Of a stretch of DNA of 64,000 bases, positions 1 to 15,800 are shown in pieces; position 1 is the first letter of the stretch, and every line of letters starts with the position of its first letter. Below the pieces are notes generated by a model. The model was not told the DNA's origin. It was given only the letters and a program-made list of their open reading frames with translations, and searched no databases. The DNA is from the human T2T-CHM13v2.0 reference genome, Homo sapiens. Made by a program: the position numbers and the translations under genes. The stretch lies in assembly GCF_009914755.1 (NCBI RefSeq), contig NC_060937.1; one strand, 5' to 3'.

Positions 1-2990
1 AAAGTACATCAAATATAAATTATATACTGTACATAAAATACCAAAGTACCCCAAATATATATTATATACTGTACATGAAATATCAAAGTTCACAAACTAT
101 ATATTATATACTGTACATAAAATATCAAAGTACCCAAGGTATATATTCTATACTGTACAAAAAATATCAAAGTTCCCAAAACATGTATTATATACTGTTA
201 ATAAAATATGAAAGTACATCAAATATATATTTAATTCTGTACATAAAATATCAAAGTACACCAAATATATATTCTATAGTGTACATAAAATATCAAAGTA
301 CCCAAACTATACATTATATACTGTACATAAAATATGAAATTACATCAAATATATATTATATTAGGTACATAAAATATGAAAGTACATCAAATATAGATTA
401 TATACTGTACATAAAATACCAAAGTACCCCAAATACATATTATATACTGTACATGAAATATCAAAGTTCACAAACTATATATTATATACTGTACATAAAA
501 TATCAAAGTACCCAAGGTATATATTCTATACTGTACAAAAAATATCAAAGTACCCAAAGGAAGTATTATATACTGTACATAAAATATGAAAGTACATCAA
601 ATATATATTTTATTCTGTACATAAAATATCAAAGTACACCAAATATATATTCTATAGTGTACATAAAATATCAAAGTACCCAAACTATACATTATACACT
701 GTACATAAAATATGAAATTAAATCAAATATATATTATATTAGGTACATAAAATATGAAAGTACATCAAATATAGATTATACACTGTACATAAAATACCAA
801 AGAACCCCAAATATATAATATATACTGTACATGAAATATCAAAGTTCACAAACTATATATTATATACTGTACATAAAATATCAAAGTACCCAAGGTATAT
901 ATTCTATACTGTACAAAAAATATGAAAGTACCCAAAGCATGTATTATATACTGTACATAAAATATGAAAGTACATCAAATATATATTTTATTCTGTACAT
1001 AAAATATCAAAGTACACCAAATATATATTCTATGGTGTACATAAAATATCAAAGTACCCAAACTATACATTATATACTGTACATAAAATATGAAATTACT
1101 TCAAATATATATTATATTAGGTACATAAAATATGAAAGTACATCAAATATAAATTATATACTGTACATAAAATACCAAAGAACCCCAAATATATATTATA
1201 TACTGTACATGAAATATCAAAGTTCACAAACTATATATTATATACTGTACATAAAATATCAAAGTACCCAAGGTATATATTCTATACTGTACAAAAAATA
1301 TCAAAGTACGCAAAGCATGTATTATATACTGTACATAAAATATGAAATTACATCAAATATATATTATATTAGGTACATAAAATATGAAAGTACATCACAT
1401 ATATATCATATACTGTACATAAAATACCAAAGTACCCCAAATACATATTATATACTGTACATGAAATATCAAAGTTCACAAACTATATATTATATAATGT
1501 ACATAAAATATCAAAGTACCGAAAGTATATATTCTATACTGTACAAAAAATATCAAAGTACCCAAAGCATGTATTATATAGTGTATATAAAATATGAAAG
1601 TACATCAAATATATATTTAACACTGTACATAAAATATCAAAGTACACCAAATATATATTCTATACTGTACATAAAATATCAAAGTACCCAAACTATACAT
1701 TATATACTGTACATAAAATATGAAATTACATCAAATATATATTATATTAGGTACATAAAATATGAAAGTACATCAAATATAGATTATACACTGTACATAA
1801 AATACCAAAGAACCCCAAATATATATTATATACTGTACATGAAATATCAGAGTTCACAAACTATATATTATATACTGTACATAAAATATCAAAGTACCCA
1901 AGGTATATATTCTATACTGTACAAAAAATATCAAAGTACCCAAAGCATGTATTATATACTGTTAATAAAATATGAAAGTACATCAAATATATATTTTATT
2001 CTGTACATAAAATATCAAAGTACACCAAATATATATTCTATACTGTACATAAAATATCAAATTACCCAAACTATACATTATATACTGTACATAAAATATG
2101 AAATTACATCAAATATAAATTCTATACTGTACATAAAATATCAAAGTACCCCAAATATATATTATATACTGTACATGAAATATCAAAGTCCACAAACTAT
2201 ATATTATATACTGTACATAAAATATCAAAGAACCCAAGGTATATATTCTATACTGTACAAAAAATATCAAAGTACCCAAAACAGGTATTATATACTGTTC
2301 ATAACATATGAAAGTACATCAAATATATATTTAATTCTGTACATAAAATATCAAAGTACACCAAATATATATTCTATAGTGTACATAAAATATCAAAGTA
2401 CCCAAACTATACATTATATACTGTACATAAAATATGAAATTACATCAAATATATATTACATTAGGTACATAAAATATGAAAGTACATCAAATATAGATTA
2501 TATACTGTACATAAAATACCAAAGTACCCCAAATACATATTATATACTGTACATGAAATATCAAAGTTCACAAACTATATATTATATACTGTACATAAAA
2601 TATCAAAGTACCCAAGGTATATATTCTATACTGTACAAAAAATATCAAAGTACGCAAAGCATGTATTATATACTGTACATAAAATATGAAAGTACATGAA
2701 ATATATATTTTATTCTGTACATAAAATATCAAAGTACACCAAATATATATTCTATAGTGTACATAAAATATCAAAGTACCCAAGGTATATATTCTATACT
2801 GTACAAAAAATATCAAAGTACCCAAAGCATGTATTATATAGTGTATATAAAATATGAAAGTACATCAAATATATATTTAATTCTGTACATAAAATATCAA
2901 AGTACACCAAATATATATTCTATAGTGTACATTAAATATCAAAGTACCCAAACTATACATTATATACTGTACATAAAATATGAAATTACA
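1..2990 (+). repeat. N-type HOR domain 1 (acaccaaat, ctgtacatg, ataccaaag, full-length tattatattagg)
   Basis: All HORs carry acaccaaat. The first 5-bp-deleted monomer appears at about 3000. Long stop-free frames (75..818, 831..2699). Confidence 0.8.
75..452 (+). repeat. Representative canonical 378-bp 9-mer higher-order repeat unit (about 170 HOR-equivalents in the window)
   Basis: The diagnostic monomer catgaaatatcaaagttcac has its ATG at 75, 453 and 831 (378-bp spacing). Nine distinguishable monomers occur in fixed order: gttcacaaact, cccaaggt, cccaaagcatg, catcaaat..tttattctg, acaccaaat, cccaaactatac, gaaattac..ttagg, catcaaatatag, ccccaaat. Confidence 0.95.
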
Positions 2991-5900
2991 TCAAGTATAT
3001 ATTAGGTACATAAAATATGAAAGTACATCACATATAGATTATATACTGTACATAAAATATCAATGTACCCCAAATATATATTATATACTCTACATGAAAT
3101 ATCAATGTTCACAAATTATATATTGTATACTGTACATAAAATATCAAAGTACCCAAGGTATATATTCTATACTGTGTAAAAAATATCAAAGTACCCAAAG
3201 CATGTATTATATACTGTACATAAAATATGAAAGTACATTAAATATATATTTTATTCTGTACATAAAATATCAAAGTACACCAGATAAATATTCTATAGTG
3301 TACATAAAATATCAAAGTACCCAAACTATACATTATATACTGTACATAAAATATGAAATTACATCAAATATATATTAGGTACATAAAATATGAAAGTACA
3401 TCAAATATAGATTATATACTGTACATATAATATCATTGTACCCCAAATATATATTTTATACTCTACATGAAATATCAAAGTTCACAAACTATATATTATA
3501 TACTGTACATAAAATATCAAAGTACCCAAGGTATATATTCTATACTGAACAAAAAATATCAAAGTACCCAAAGCATGTATTATATACTGTACATAAAATA
3601 TGAAAGTACATCAAATATATATCTTACTCTGTACATAAAATATCAATGTACACCAGATATATATTCTATAGTGTACATAAAATATCAAAGTACCCAAACT
3701 ATACATTATATACTGTACAGAAAATATGAAATTACAGCAAATATATATTATATTAGGTACATAAAATATGAAAGTACATCAAATATAGATTATATACTGT
3801 ACATTAAATACCAAAGTAACCCAAATATATATTTTATACTGTACATGAAATATCAAAGTTCACAAACCATATATTATATACTGTACATAAAATATCAAAG
3901 TACACAAGGTATATATTCTATACTGTACAAAAAATATCAAAGTACCCAAAGCATGTATTATAAACTGTACATAAAATATGAAAGTACATCAAATATATAT
4001 TTTATTCTGTACATAAAATATCAAAGTACACCAGATATATATTCTACACTGTACATAAAATATCAAATTACCCAAACTATACATTATATACTGTACATAA
4101 AATATAAGATTACATCAAATATATATTATATTAGGTACATAAAATATGAAAGTACATCAGATATAGATTATATACTGTACATAAAATATCAAAGTACCCC
4201 AAATATATATTATATACTCTACATGAAATATCAAAGTTCGCAAACTATATATTATATACTGTACATAAAATATCAAAGTACCCAAGGTATATATTCTATA
4301 CTGTACAAAAAATATCAAAGTACCCAAAGCATGTATTATATACTGTACATAAAATATGAAAGTACATCAAGTATATATTTTATTCTGTACATAAATTATC
4401 AAAGTACACCAGATATATATTCTATAGTGTACATAAAATATCAAAGTACCCAAACTAAACATTATATACTGTGCATAAAATATGAGATTACATCAAATAT
4501 ATATTATATTAGGTACATAAAATATGAAAGTGCATCAGACATAGATTATATACTGTACATAAAATATCAAAGTACCCCAAATATATATTATATACTCTAC
4601 ATGAAATATCAAAGTTCACAAACTATATATTATATACTGTACATAAAATATCAAAGTACCCAAGGTATATATTCTATACTGTACAAAAAATATCAAAGTA
4701 CCCAAAGCATGTATTATATACTGTACATAAAATATGAAAGTACATCAAGTATATATTTTATTCTGTACATAAAATATCAAAGTACACCACATATATATTC
4801 TATAGTGTACATAAAATAACAAAGTACACAAACTATACATTATATACTGTACATAAAATATGAAATTACATCAAATATATATTAGGTACATAAAATATGA
4901 AAGTACATCAAATATAGATTATATACTGTACATATAATATCAATGTACCCCAAATTTATATTTTATACTCTACATGAAATATCAAAGTTCACAAACCATA
5001 CATTATATACTGTACATAAAATATCAAAGTACCCAAGGTATATATTCTATACTATACAAAAAATATCAAAGTACCCAAAGCATGTATTATATACTGTACA
5101 TAAAATATGAAAGTACATCAAATATATATTTTATTCTGTACATAAAATATCAAAGTACACCAGATATATATTCTATAGTGTACATAAAATATCAAATTTC
5201 CCATACTATACACTATATACTGTACATAAAATATGAAATTACATGAAATATATATTAGGTACATAAAATATGAAAGTACATCAAATATAGATTATATACT
5301 GTACATAAAATATCAAAGTACCCCAAATATATATTATATACTCTACATGAAATATCAAAGTTCACAAACTATATATTATATACTGTACATAAAATATCAA
5401 AGTACCCAAGGTATATATTCTATACTGTACAAAAAATATCAAAGTACCCAAAGCATGTATTATATACTGTACATAAAATATGAAATTACGTCAAATATAT
5501 ATTTTATTCTGTACATAAAATATCAAAGTACACCAGATATATATTCTATAGTGTACATAAAATAACAAAGTACACAAACTATACATTATATACTGTACAT
5601 AAAATATGAAATTACATCAAATATATATTAGGTACATAAAATATGAAAGTACATCAAATATAGATTATATACTGTACATAAAATATCAAAGTACCCCAAA
5701 TATATATTTTATACTCTACATGAAATATCAAAGTTCACAAACCATATATTATATACTGTACATAAAATATAAAAGTACCCAAGGTATATATTCTATACTG
5801 TACAAAAAATATCAAAGTACCCAAAGCATGTATTATATACTGTATATAAAATATGAAAGTACATTAAATACATATTTTTTTCTGTACATAAAATATCAAA

Positions 5901-8900
5901 GTACACCAGATATATATTCTATAGTGTACATAAAATAACAAAGTACACAAACTATAAATTATATACTGTACATAAAATATGAAATTACATCAAATATATA
6001 TTAGGTACATAAAATATGAAAGTACATCAAATATAGATTATATACTGTACATAAAATATCAATGTACCCGAAATATATATTTTATACTCTACATGAAATA
6101 TCAAAGTTCACAAACCATATATTATATACTGTACATAAAATATCAAAGTACCCAAGGTATATATTCTATACTATACAAAAAATATCAAAGTACCCAAAGC
6201 ATGTATTATATACTGTACATAAAATATGAAAGTACATCAAATATATATTTAATTCTGTACATAAAATATCAAAGTACACCAGATATATATTCTATAGTGT
6301 ACATAAAATATCAAAGTACCCAAACTATACATTATATACTGTACATAAAATATGAGATTACATCAAATATATATTATATTAGGTACATAAAATATGAAAG
6401 TACATCAGATATAGATTATATACTGTACATAAAATATCAAAGTACCCCAAATATGTATTATATACTCTACATGAAATATCAAAGTTCGCAAACTATATAT
6501 TATATACTGTACATAATATATCAAAGTACCCAAGGTATATATTCTATACTGTACAAAAAATATCAAAGTACCCAAAGCATGTATTATATACTGTACATAA
6601 AATATGAAAATACATTAAATATATATTTTATTCTGTACATAAAATATCAAAGTACTCCAGATATATATTCTACAGTCTACATAAAATATCAAAGTACCTA
6701 AACTATACATTATATACTGTACATAAAATATGAAATTACATCAAATATATATTAGGTACATAAAATATGAAAGTACATCAAATATAGATTATATACTGTA
6801 CATAAAATATCAAAGTACCCCAAATATATATTATATACTGTACATGAAATATCAAAGTTCACAAACTATATATTATATACTGTACATAAAATATCAAAGT
6901 ACCCAAGGTATATATTCTATACTGTACAAAAAATATCAAAGAACCCAAAGCATGTAGTATATACTGTACATAAAATATCAAAGTACCCCAAATATATATT
7001 ATATACTCTACATGAAATATCAAAGTTCACAAACTATATATTATATACTGTACATAAAATATCAAAGTACCCAAGGTATATATTCTATACTGTACAAAAA
7101 ATATCAAAGTACACAAAGCATGTATTATATACTGTATATAAAATATGAAAGTACATCAAATATATATTTTATTCTGTACATAAAATATCAAAGTACACCA
7201 GATATATATTCTATAGTGTACATAAAATAACAAAGTACACAAACTATAAATTATATACTGTACATAAAATATGAAATTACATCAAATATATATTAGGTAC
7301 ATAAAATATGAATGTACATCAAATATAGATTATATACTGTACATATAATATCAATGTACTCCAAATATATATTTTATACTCTACATGAAACATCAAAGTT
7401 CACAAACCATATATTTTATACTGTACATAAAATATCAAAGTACCCAAGGTATATATTCTATACTGTACAAAAAATATCAAAGTACCCAAAGCATATATTA
7501 TATACTGTACATAAAATATGAAAGTACATCAAATATATATTTTATTCCGTACATAAAATATCAAAGTACACCAGATATATATTCTATAGTGTACATAAAA
7601 TATCAAAGTACCCAAACTATACATTATATACTGTACATAAAATATGAAATTACATCAAATATATATTATATTAGGTACATAAAATATGAAAGTACATCAA
7701 ATATAGATTATATACTGTACATAAAATATCAAAGTACCCCAAATATATATTATATACTCTACATGAAATATCAAAGTTCACAAACTATATATTATATACT
7801 GTACATAAAATATAAAAGTACCCAAGGCATATATTCTATACTGTACAAAAAATATCAAAGTACCCAAAGCATGTATTATATACTGTATATAAAATATGAA
7901 AGTACATCAAATACATATTTTATTCTGTACATAAAATATCAAAGTACACAGATATATATTCTATAGTGTACATAAAATAACAAAGTACACAAACTATAAA
8001 TTATATACTGTACATAAAATATGAAATTACATCAAATATATATTAGGTACATAAAATATGAAAGTACATCAAATATAGATTATATACTGTACATAAAATA
8101 TCAAAGTACCCCAAATATATATTATATACTCTACATGAAATATCAAAGTTCACAAACTATATATTATATACTGTACATAAAATATCAAAGTACCCAAGGT
8201 ATATATTCTATACTGTACAAAAAATATCAAAGTACCCAAAGCATGTATTTTATACTGTACATAAAATATGAAAGTACATCAAATACATATTTTATTCTGT
8301 ACATAAAATATCAAAGTACACCAGATATATATTCTATAGTGTACATAAAATAACAAAGTACACAAACTATACATTATATACTGTACATAAAATATGAAAT
8401 TACATCAAATATATATTAGGTACATAAAATATGAAAGTACATCAAATATACGTTATATACTGTACATAAAATATCAAACTACCCCAAATATATATTATAT
8501 ACTCTACATGCAATATCAAAGTTCACAAACTATATATTATATACTGAACATAAAATATCAAAGTACCCAAAGTATATATTCTATACTGTACAAAAAATAT
8601 CAAAGTACCCAAAGCATGTATTATATACTGTATATAAAATATGAAAGTACATCAAATATATATTTTATTCTGTACATAAAATATCAAAGTACACCAGATA
8701 TATATTCTATAGTGTACATAAAATAACAAAGTACACAAACTATAAATTATATACTGTACATAAAATATGAAATTACATCAAATATATATTAGGTACATAA
8801 AATATGAAAGTACATCAAATATAGATTATATACTGTACATATAATATCAATGTACCCCAAATATATATTTTATACTCTACATGAAATATCCAAGTTCACA

Positions 8901-11900
8901 AACCATATATTATATACTGTACATAAAATATCAAAGTACCCAAGGTATATATTCTATACTGTACAAAAAATATCAAAGTACCCAAAGCATGTATAATATA
9001 CTGTACATAAAATATGAAAGTACATCAAATATATATTTTATTCTGTACATAAAATATCAAAGTACACCAGACATATATTCTATAGTGTACATAAAATATC
9101 AAAAGTACCCAAACTATACATTATACACTGTACATAAAATATGAAATTTCATCAAATATATATTATATTAGGTACATAAAATATGAAAGTTCATCAAATA
9201 TAGATTATATCCTGTACATTAAATACCAAAGTACCCCAAATATATATTTTATACTCTACATGAAATATCAAAGTTCACAACCATATATTATATACTTTAC
9301 ATAAAATATCAAGGTACCCAAGGTATATATTCTATACTGTACAAAAAATATCAAACTACCCAAAGCATGTATTATATACTGTACATAAAATATGAAAGTA
9401 CATCAAATATATATTTTATTCTATACATAAAATATCAAAGTACCCCAGATATATATTCTATAGTGTACATAAAATATCAAAGTACCCAAACTATACATTA
9501 TATACTGTACATAAAATATGAGATTACATCAAATATATACTATATTAGGTACATAAAATATGAAAGTACATCAGATATAGATTATATACTGTACATAAAA
9601 TATCAAAGTACCCCAAATATATATTATATACTGTACATGAAATATCAAAGTTCACAAACTATATATTATATACTGTACATAAAATATCAAAGTACCCAAG
9701 GTATATATTCTATACTGTACAAAAAATATCAAAGTACCCAAAGCATGTAGTATATACTGTACATAAAATATCAAAGTACCCCAAATATATATTATTTATT
9801 CTCTACATGAAATATCAAAGTTCACAAACTATATATTATATACTGTACATAAAATATCAAAGTACCCAAGGTATATATTCTATACTGTACAAAAAATATC
9901 AAAGTACACAAAGCATGTATTATATACTGTACATAAAATATGAAAGTACATCAAATATATATTTTATTCTGTACATAAAATATCAAAGTACACCAGATAT
10001 ATATTCTATAGTGTACATAAAATAACAAAGTACACATACTATACATTATATACTGTATATAAAATATGAAATTACATCAAATATATATTAGGTACATAAA
10101 ATATGAAAGTACATCAAATATAGGTTATATACTGTACATAAAATATCAAACTACCCCAAATATATATTATATACTCTACATGAAATATCAAAGTTCACAA
10201 ACCATATATTATATACTGTACATAAAATATCAAAGTACCCAAGGTATATATTCTATACTGTACAAAAAATATCAAAGTACCCAAAGCATGTATTATATAC
10301 TGTACATAAAATATGAGAGTACATCAAATATATATTTTATTCTGTACATAAAATATCAAAGTACACCAGATTTATATTCTATAGTGTACATAAAATAACA
10401 AAGTACAAAAACTATAAATTATATACTGTACATAAAATATGAAATTACATCAAATACATATTAGGTACATAAAATATGAAAGTACATCAAATATAGATTA
10501 TATACTGTACATAAAATATCAATGTACCCCAAATATATATTTTATACTCTACATGAAGTATCAAAGTTCACAAACCATATATTATATACTGTACATAAAA
10601 TATCAAAGTAACCAAGGTATATATTCTATACTGTACAAAAAATACCAAAGTACCCAAAGCATGTATTATATAATGTACATAACATATGAAAGTACATCAA
10701 ATATATATTTTATTCTGTACATGAAATATCAAAGTACACCAGATATATATTCTATAGTGTACATAAAATATCAAAGTACCCAAACTATACATTATATACT
10801 GTACATAAAATATGAAATTACATCAAATATATATTATATTAGGTACATAAAATATGAAAGAACATCAAATGTAGATTATATACTGTACATAAAATATCAA
10901 AGTACCCCAAATATATATTATATACTCTACATGAAATATCAAAGTTCACAAACCATATATTATATACTGTACATAAAATATCAAAGTAGCCAAGGTATAT
11001 ATTCTATAATGTACAAAAAATATCAAAGTAACCAAAGCGTGTATTATATACTGTATATAAAATATGAAATTACATCAAATATATATTTTATTCTGAACAT
11101 AAAATATCAAAGTACACCAGATATATATTCTATATTGTACATAAAATATCAAAGTACCCAACTTATACATTATATACTGTACATAAAATATGAAATTACA
11201 TCAAATATATATTATATTAGGTACATAAAATACGAAAGTACATCAAACATAGATTATATACTGTACATAAAATATCAAAGTACCCCAAATATATATTACA
11301 TACTCTACATGAAATATCAAAGTTCACAAACTATATATTATATACTGTACATAAAATATCAAAGTACCCAAGGTACATATTCTATACTGTACAAAAAATA
11401 TCAAAGTACCCAAAGCATGTATTATATACTGTATATAAAATATGAAAGTACATCAAATATATATTTTATTCTGTACGTAAAATATCAAAGTACACCAGAT
11501 ATGTATTCTATACTGTACATAAAATAACAAAGTACAAAAACTATAAATTATATACTGTACATAAAATATGAAATTACATCAAATACATATTAGGTACATA
11601 AAATATGAAAGTACATCAAATATAGATTATATACTGTACATAAAATATCAATGTACCCCAAATATATATTTTATACTCTACATGAAATATCAAAGTTCAC
11701 AAACCATATATTATATACTGTACATAAAATATCAAAGTAACCAAGGTATATATTCTATACTGTACAAAAAATACCAAAGTACCCAAAGCATGTATTATAT
11801 AATGTACATAACATATGAAAGTACATCAAATATATATTTTATTCTGTACATGAAATATCAAAGTACACCAGATATATATTCTATAGTGTACATAAAATAT

Positions 11901-12880
11901 CAAAGTACCCAAACTATACATTATATACTGTACATAAAATATGAAATTACATCAAATATATATTATATTAGGTACATAAAATAAGAAAGAACATCAAATG
12001 TAGATTATATACTGTACATAAAATATCAAAGTACCCCAAATATATATTATATACTCTACATGAAATATCAAAGTTCACAAACCATATATTATATACTGTA
12101 CATAAAATATCAAAGTACCCAAGGTATATATTCTATAATGTACAAAAAATATCAAAGTAACCAAAGCGTGTATTATATACTGTATATAAAATATGAAATT
12201 ACATCAAATATATATTAGGTACATAAAATATGAATGTACAACAAATATAGATTATATACTGTACTTAAAATATCAAAGTACCCCAAATATATATTATATA
12301 CTCTACATGAAATATCAAAGTTCACAAACTATATATTATATACTGTACATAAAATATCCAAGTACCCAAGGTATATATTCTATACTGTACAAAAAATATC
12401 AAAGTACCCAAAGCACGTATTATATACTGTACATAAAATATGAAAGTACATCAAATATATATTTTATTCTGTACATAAAATATCAAAGTACACCAGATAT
12501 ATATTCTATAGTGTACATAAAATAACAAAGTACACAAACTATAAATTATATACTGTACATAAAATATGAAATTACATCAAATATATATTAGGTACATAAA
12601 ATATGAAAGTACATCAAACATAGATTATATACTGTACATGAAATATCAATGTAACCCAAATATATATTATATACTCTACATGAAATATCAAAGTTCACAA
12701 ACCGTATATTATATACTGTACGTAAAATATCAAAGTACCCAAGGTATATATTCTATATTGTACAAAAAATATCAAAGTACCCATAGCATGTATTATATAC
12801 TGTACATAAAATATGAAAGTACATCAAATATATATTTTATTCTGTACATAAAATATCAAAGTACACCAGATATATATTCT
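2991..12880 (+). repeat. D-type HOR domain 1 (acaccagat, ctctacatg, frequent aaataacaaag and 373-bp HORs)
   Basis: acaccagat occurs from about 3280 to 12870. The 5-bp deletion atatatattaggtac recurs, and ORF starts are 373 bp apart (5233, 5606, 5979; 8021, 8394). Confidence 0.8.
10390..12216 (+). repeat. Local duplication ~10390-11087 / ~11519-12216 (offset 1,129 = 373+378+378)
   Basis: ORFs at 10439 and 11568 share private variants (caaatacatattagg, agtaaccaagg, taatgtacataacat, aagaacatcaaatgtag, accaaagcgtg). Confidence 0.88.
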
Positions 12881-15800
12881 ATAGTGTACATTAAATATCA
12901 AACTACCCAAACTATACATTATATACTGTACATAAAATATGAAATTACATCAAATATATATTATATTAGGTACATAAAATATGAAAGAACATCAAATATA
13001 GATTATACACTGTACATAAAATACCAAAGAACCCCAAATATATATTATATACTGTACATGAAATATCAAAGTTCACAAACTATATATTATATACTGTACA
13101 TAAAATATCAAAGTCCCAAAGGTATATATTCTATACTGTACAAAAAATATCAAAGTACGCAAAGCATGTATTATATACTGTACATAAAATATGAAAGTAC
13201 ATCAAATATATATTTTATTCTGTACATAAAATATCAAAGTACACCAAATATATATTCTATAGTGTACATAAAATATCAAAGTACCGAAACTATACATTAT
13301 ATACTGTACATAAAATATGAAATTACTTCAAATATATATTATATTAGGTACATAAAATATGAAAGTACATCAAATATAAATTATATACTGTACATAAAAT
13401 ACCAAAGAACCCCAAATATATATTATATACTCTACATGAAATATCAAAGTTCACAAACTATATATTATATACTGTACATAAAATATCAAAGTACCCAAGG
13501 TATATATTCTATACTGTACAAAAAATATCAAAGTACGCAAAGCATGTATTATATACTGTACATAAAATATGAAAGTACATGAAATATATATTTTATTCTG
13601 TACATAAAATATCAAAGTACACCAAATATATATTCTATAGTGTACATAAAATATCAAAGTACCCAAGGTATATATTCTATACTGTACAAAAAATATCAAA
13701 GTACCCAAAGCATGTATTATATAGTGTATATAAAATATGAAAGTACATCAAATATATATTTAATTCTGTACATAAAATATCAAAGTACACCAAATATATA
13801 TTCTATAGTGTACATTAAATATGAAAATACCCAAACTATACATTATATACTGTACATAAAATATGAAATTACATCAAATATATATTATATTAGGTACATA
13901 AAATATGAAAGAACATCAAATATAGATTATACACTGTACATAAAATACCAAAAAACCCCAAATATATATTATATACTGTACATGAAATATCAAAGTTCAC
14001 AAACTATATATTATATACTGTACATAAAATATCAAAGTACCGAAGGGATATATTCTATACTGTACAAAAAATATCAAAGTACCCAAAGCATGTATTATAT
14101 ACTGTTAATAAAATATGAAAGTACATCAAATATATATTTTATTCTGTACATAAAATATCAAAGTACACCAAATATATATTCTATGGTGTACATAAAATAT
14201 CAAAGTACCCAAACTATACATTATATACTGTACATAAAATATGAAATTACTTCAAATATATATTATATTAGGTACATAAAATATGAAAGTACATCAAATA
14301 TAAATTATATACTGTACATAAAATACCAAAGAACCCCAAATATATATTATATACTGTACATGAAATATCAAAGTTCACAAACTATATATTATATACTGTA
14401 CATAAAATATCAAAGTACCCAAGGTATATATTCTATACTGTACAAAAAATATCAAAGTACGCAAAGCATGTATTATATACTGTACATAAAATATGAAATT
14501 ACTTCAAATATATATTATATTAGGTACATAAAATATGAAAGTACATCAAATATAAATTATATACTGTACATAAAATACCAAAGAACCCCAAATATATATT
14601 ATATACTGTACATGAAATATCAAAGTTCACAAACTATATATTATATACTGTACATAAAATATCAAAGTACCGAAGGGATATATTCTATAATGTACAAAAA
14701 ATATCAAAGTACCCAAAGTATGTATTATATACTGTACATAAAATATGAAAGTACATGAAATATATATTTTATTCTGTACATAAAATATCAAAGTACACCA
14801 AATATATATTCTATAGTGTACATAAAATATCAAAGTACCCAGACTATACATTATATACTGTACATAAAACATGAAATTACATCCAATATATATTATATTT
14901 GGTACATAAAATATGAAAGTACATCAAATATAAATTATATACTGTACATAAAATACCAAAGTACCCCAAATATATATTATATACTGTACATGAAATATCA
15001 AAGTTCACAAACTATATATTATATACTGTACATAAAATATCAAAGTACCCAAGGTATATATTCTATACTGTACAAAAAATATCAAAGTTCCCAAAACATG
15101 TATTATATACTGTTAATAAAATATGAAAGTACATCAAATATATATTTAATTCTGTACATAAAATATCAAAGTACACCAAATATATATTCTATAGTGTACA
15201 TAAAATATCAAAGTACCCAAACTATACATTATATACTGTACATAAAATATGAAATTACATCAAATATATATTATATTAGGTACATAAAATATGAAAGTAC
15301 ATCAAATATAGATTATATACTGTACATAAAATACCAAAGTACCCCAAATACATATTATATACTGTACATGAAATATCAAAGTTCACAAACTATATATTAT
15401 ATACTGTACATAAAATATCAAAGTACCCAAGGTATATATTCTATACTGTACAAAAAATATCAAAGTACCCAAAGGAAGTATTATATACTGTACATAAAAT
15501 ATGAAAGTACATCAAATATATATTTTATTCTGTACATAAAATATCAAAGTACACCAAATATATATTCTATAGTGTACATAAAATATCAAAGTACCCAAAC
15601 TATACATTATACACTGTACATAAAATATGAAATTAAATCAAATATATATTATATTAGGTACATAAAATATGAAAGTACATCAAATATAGATTATACACTG
15701 TACATAAAATACCAAAGAACCCCAAATATATAATATATACTGTACATGAAATATCAAAGTTCACAAACTATATATTATATACTGTACATAAAATATCAAA

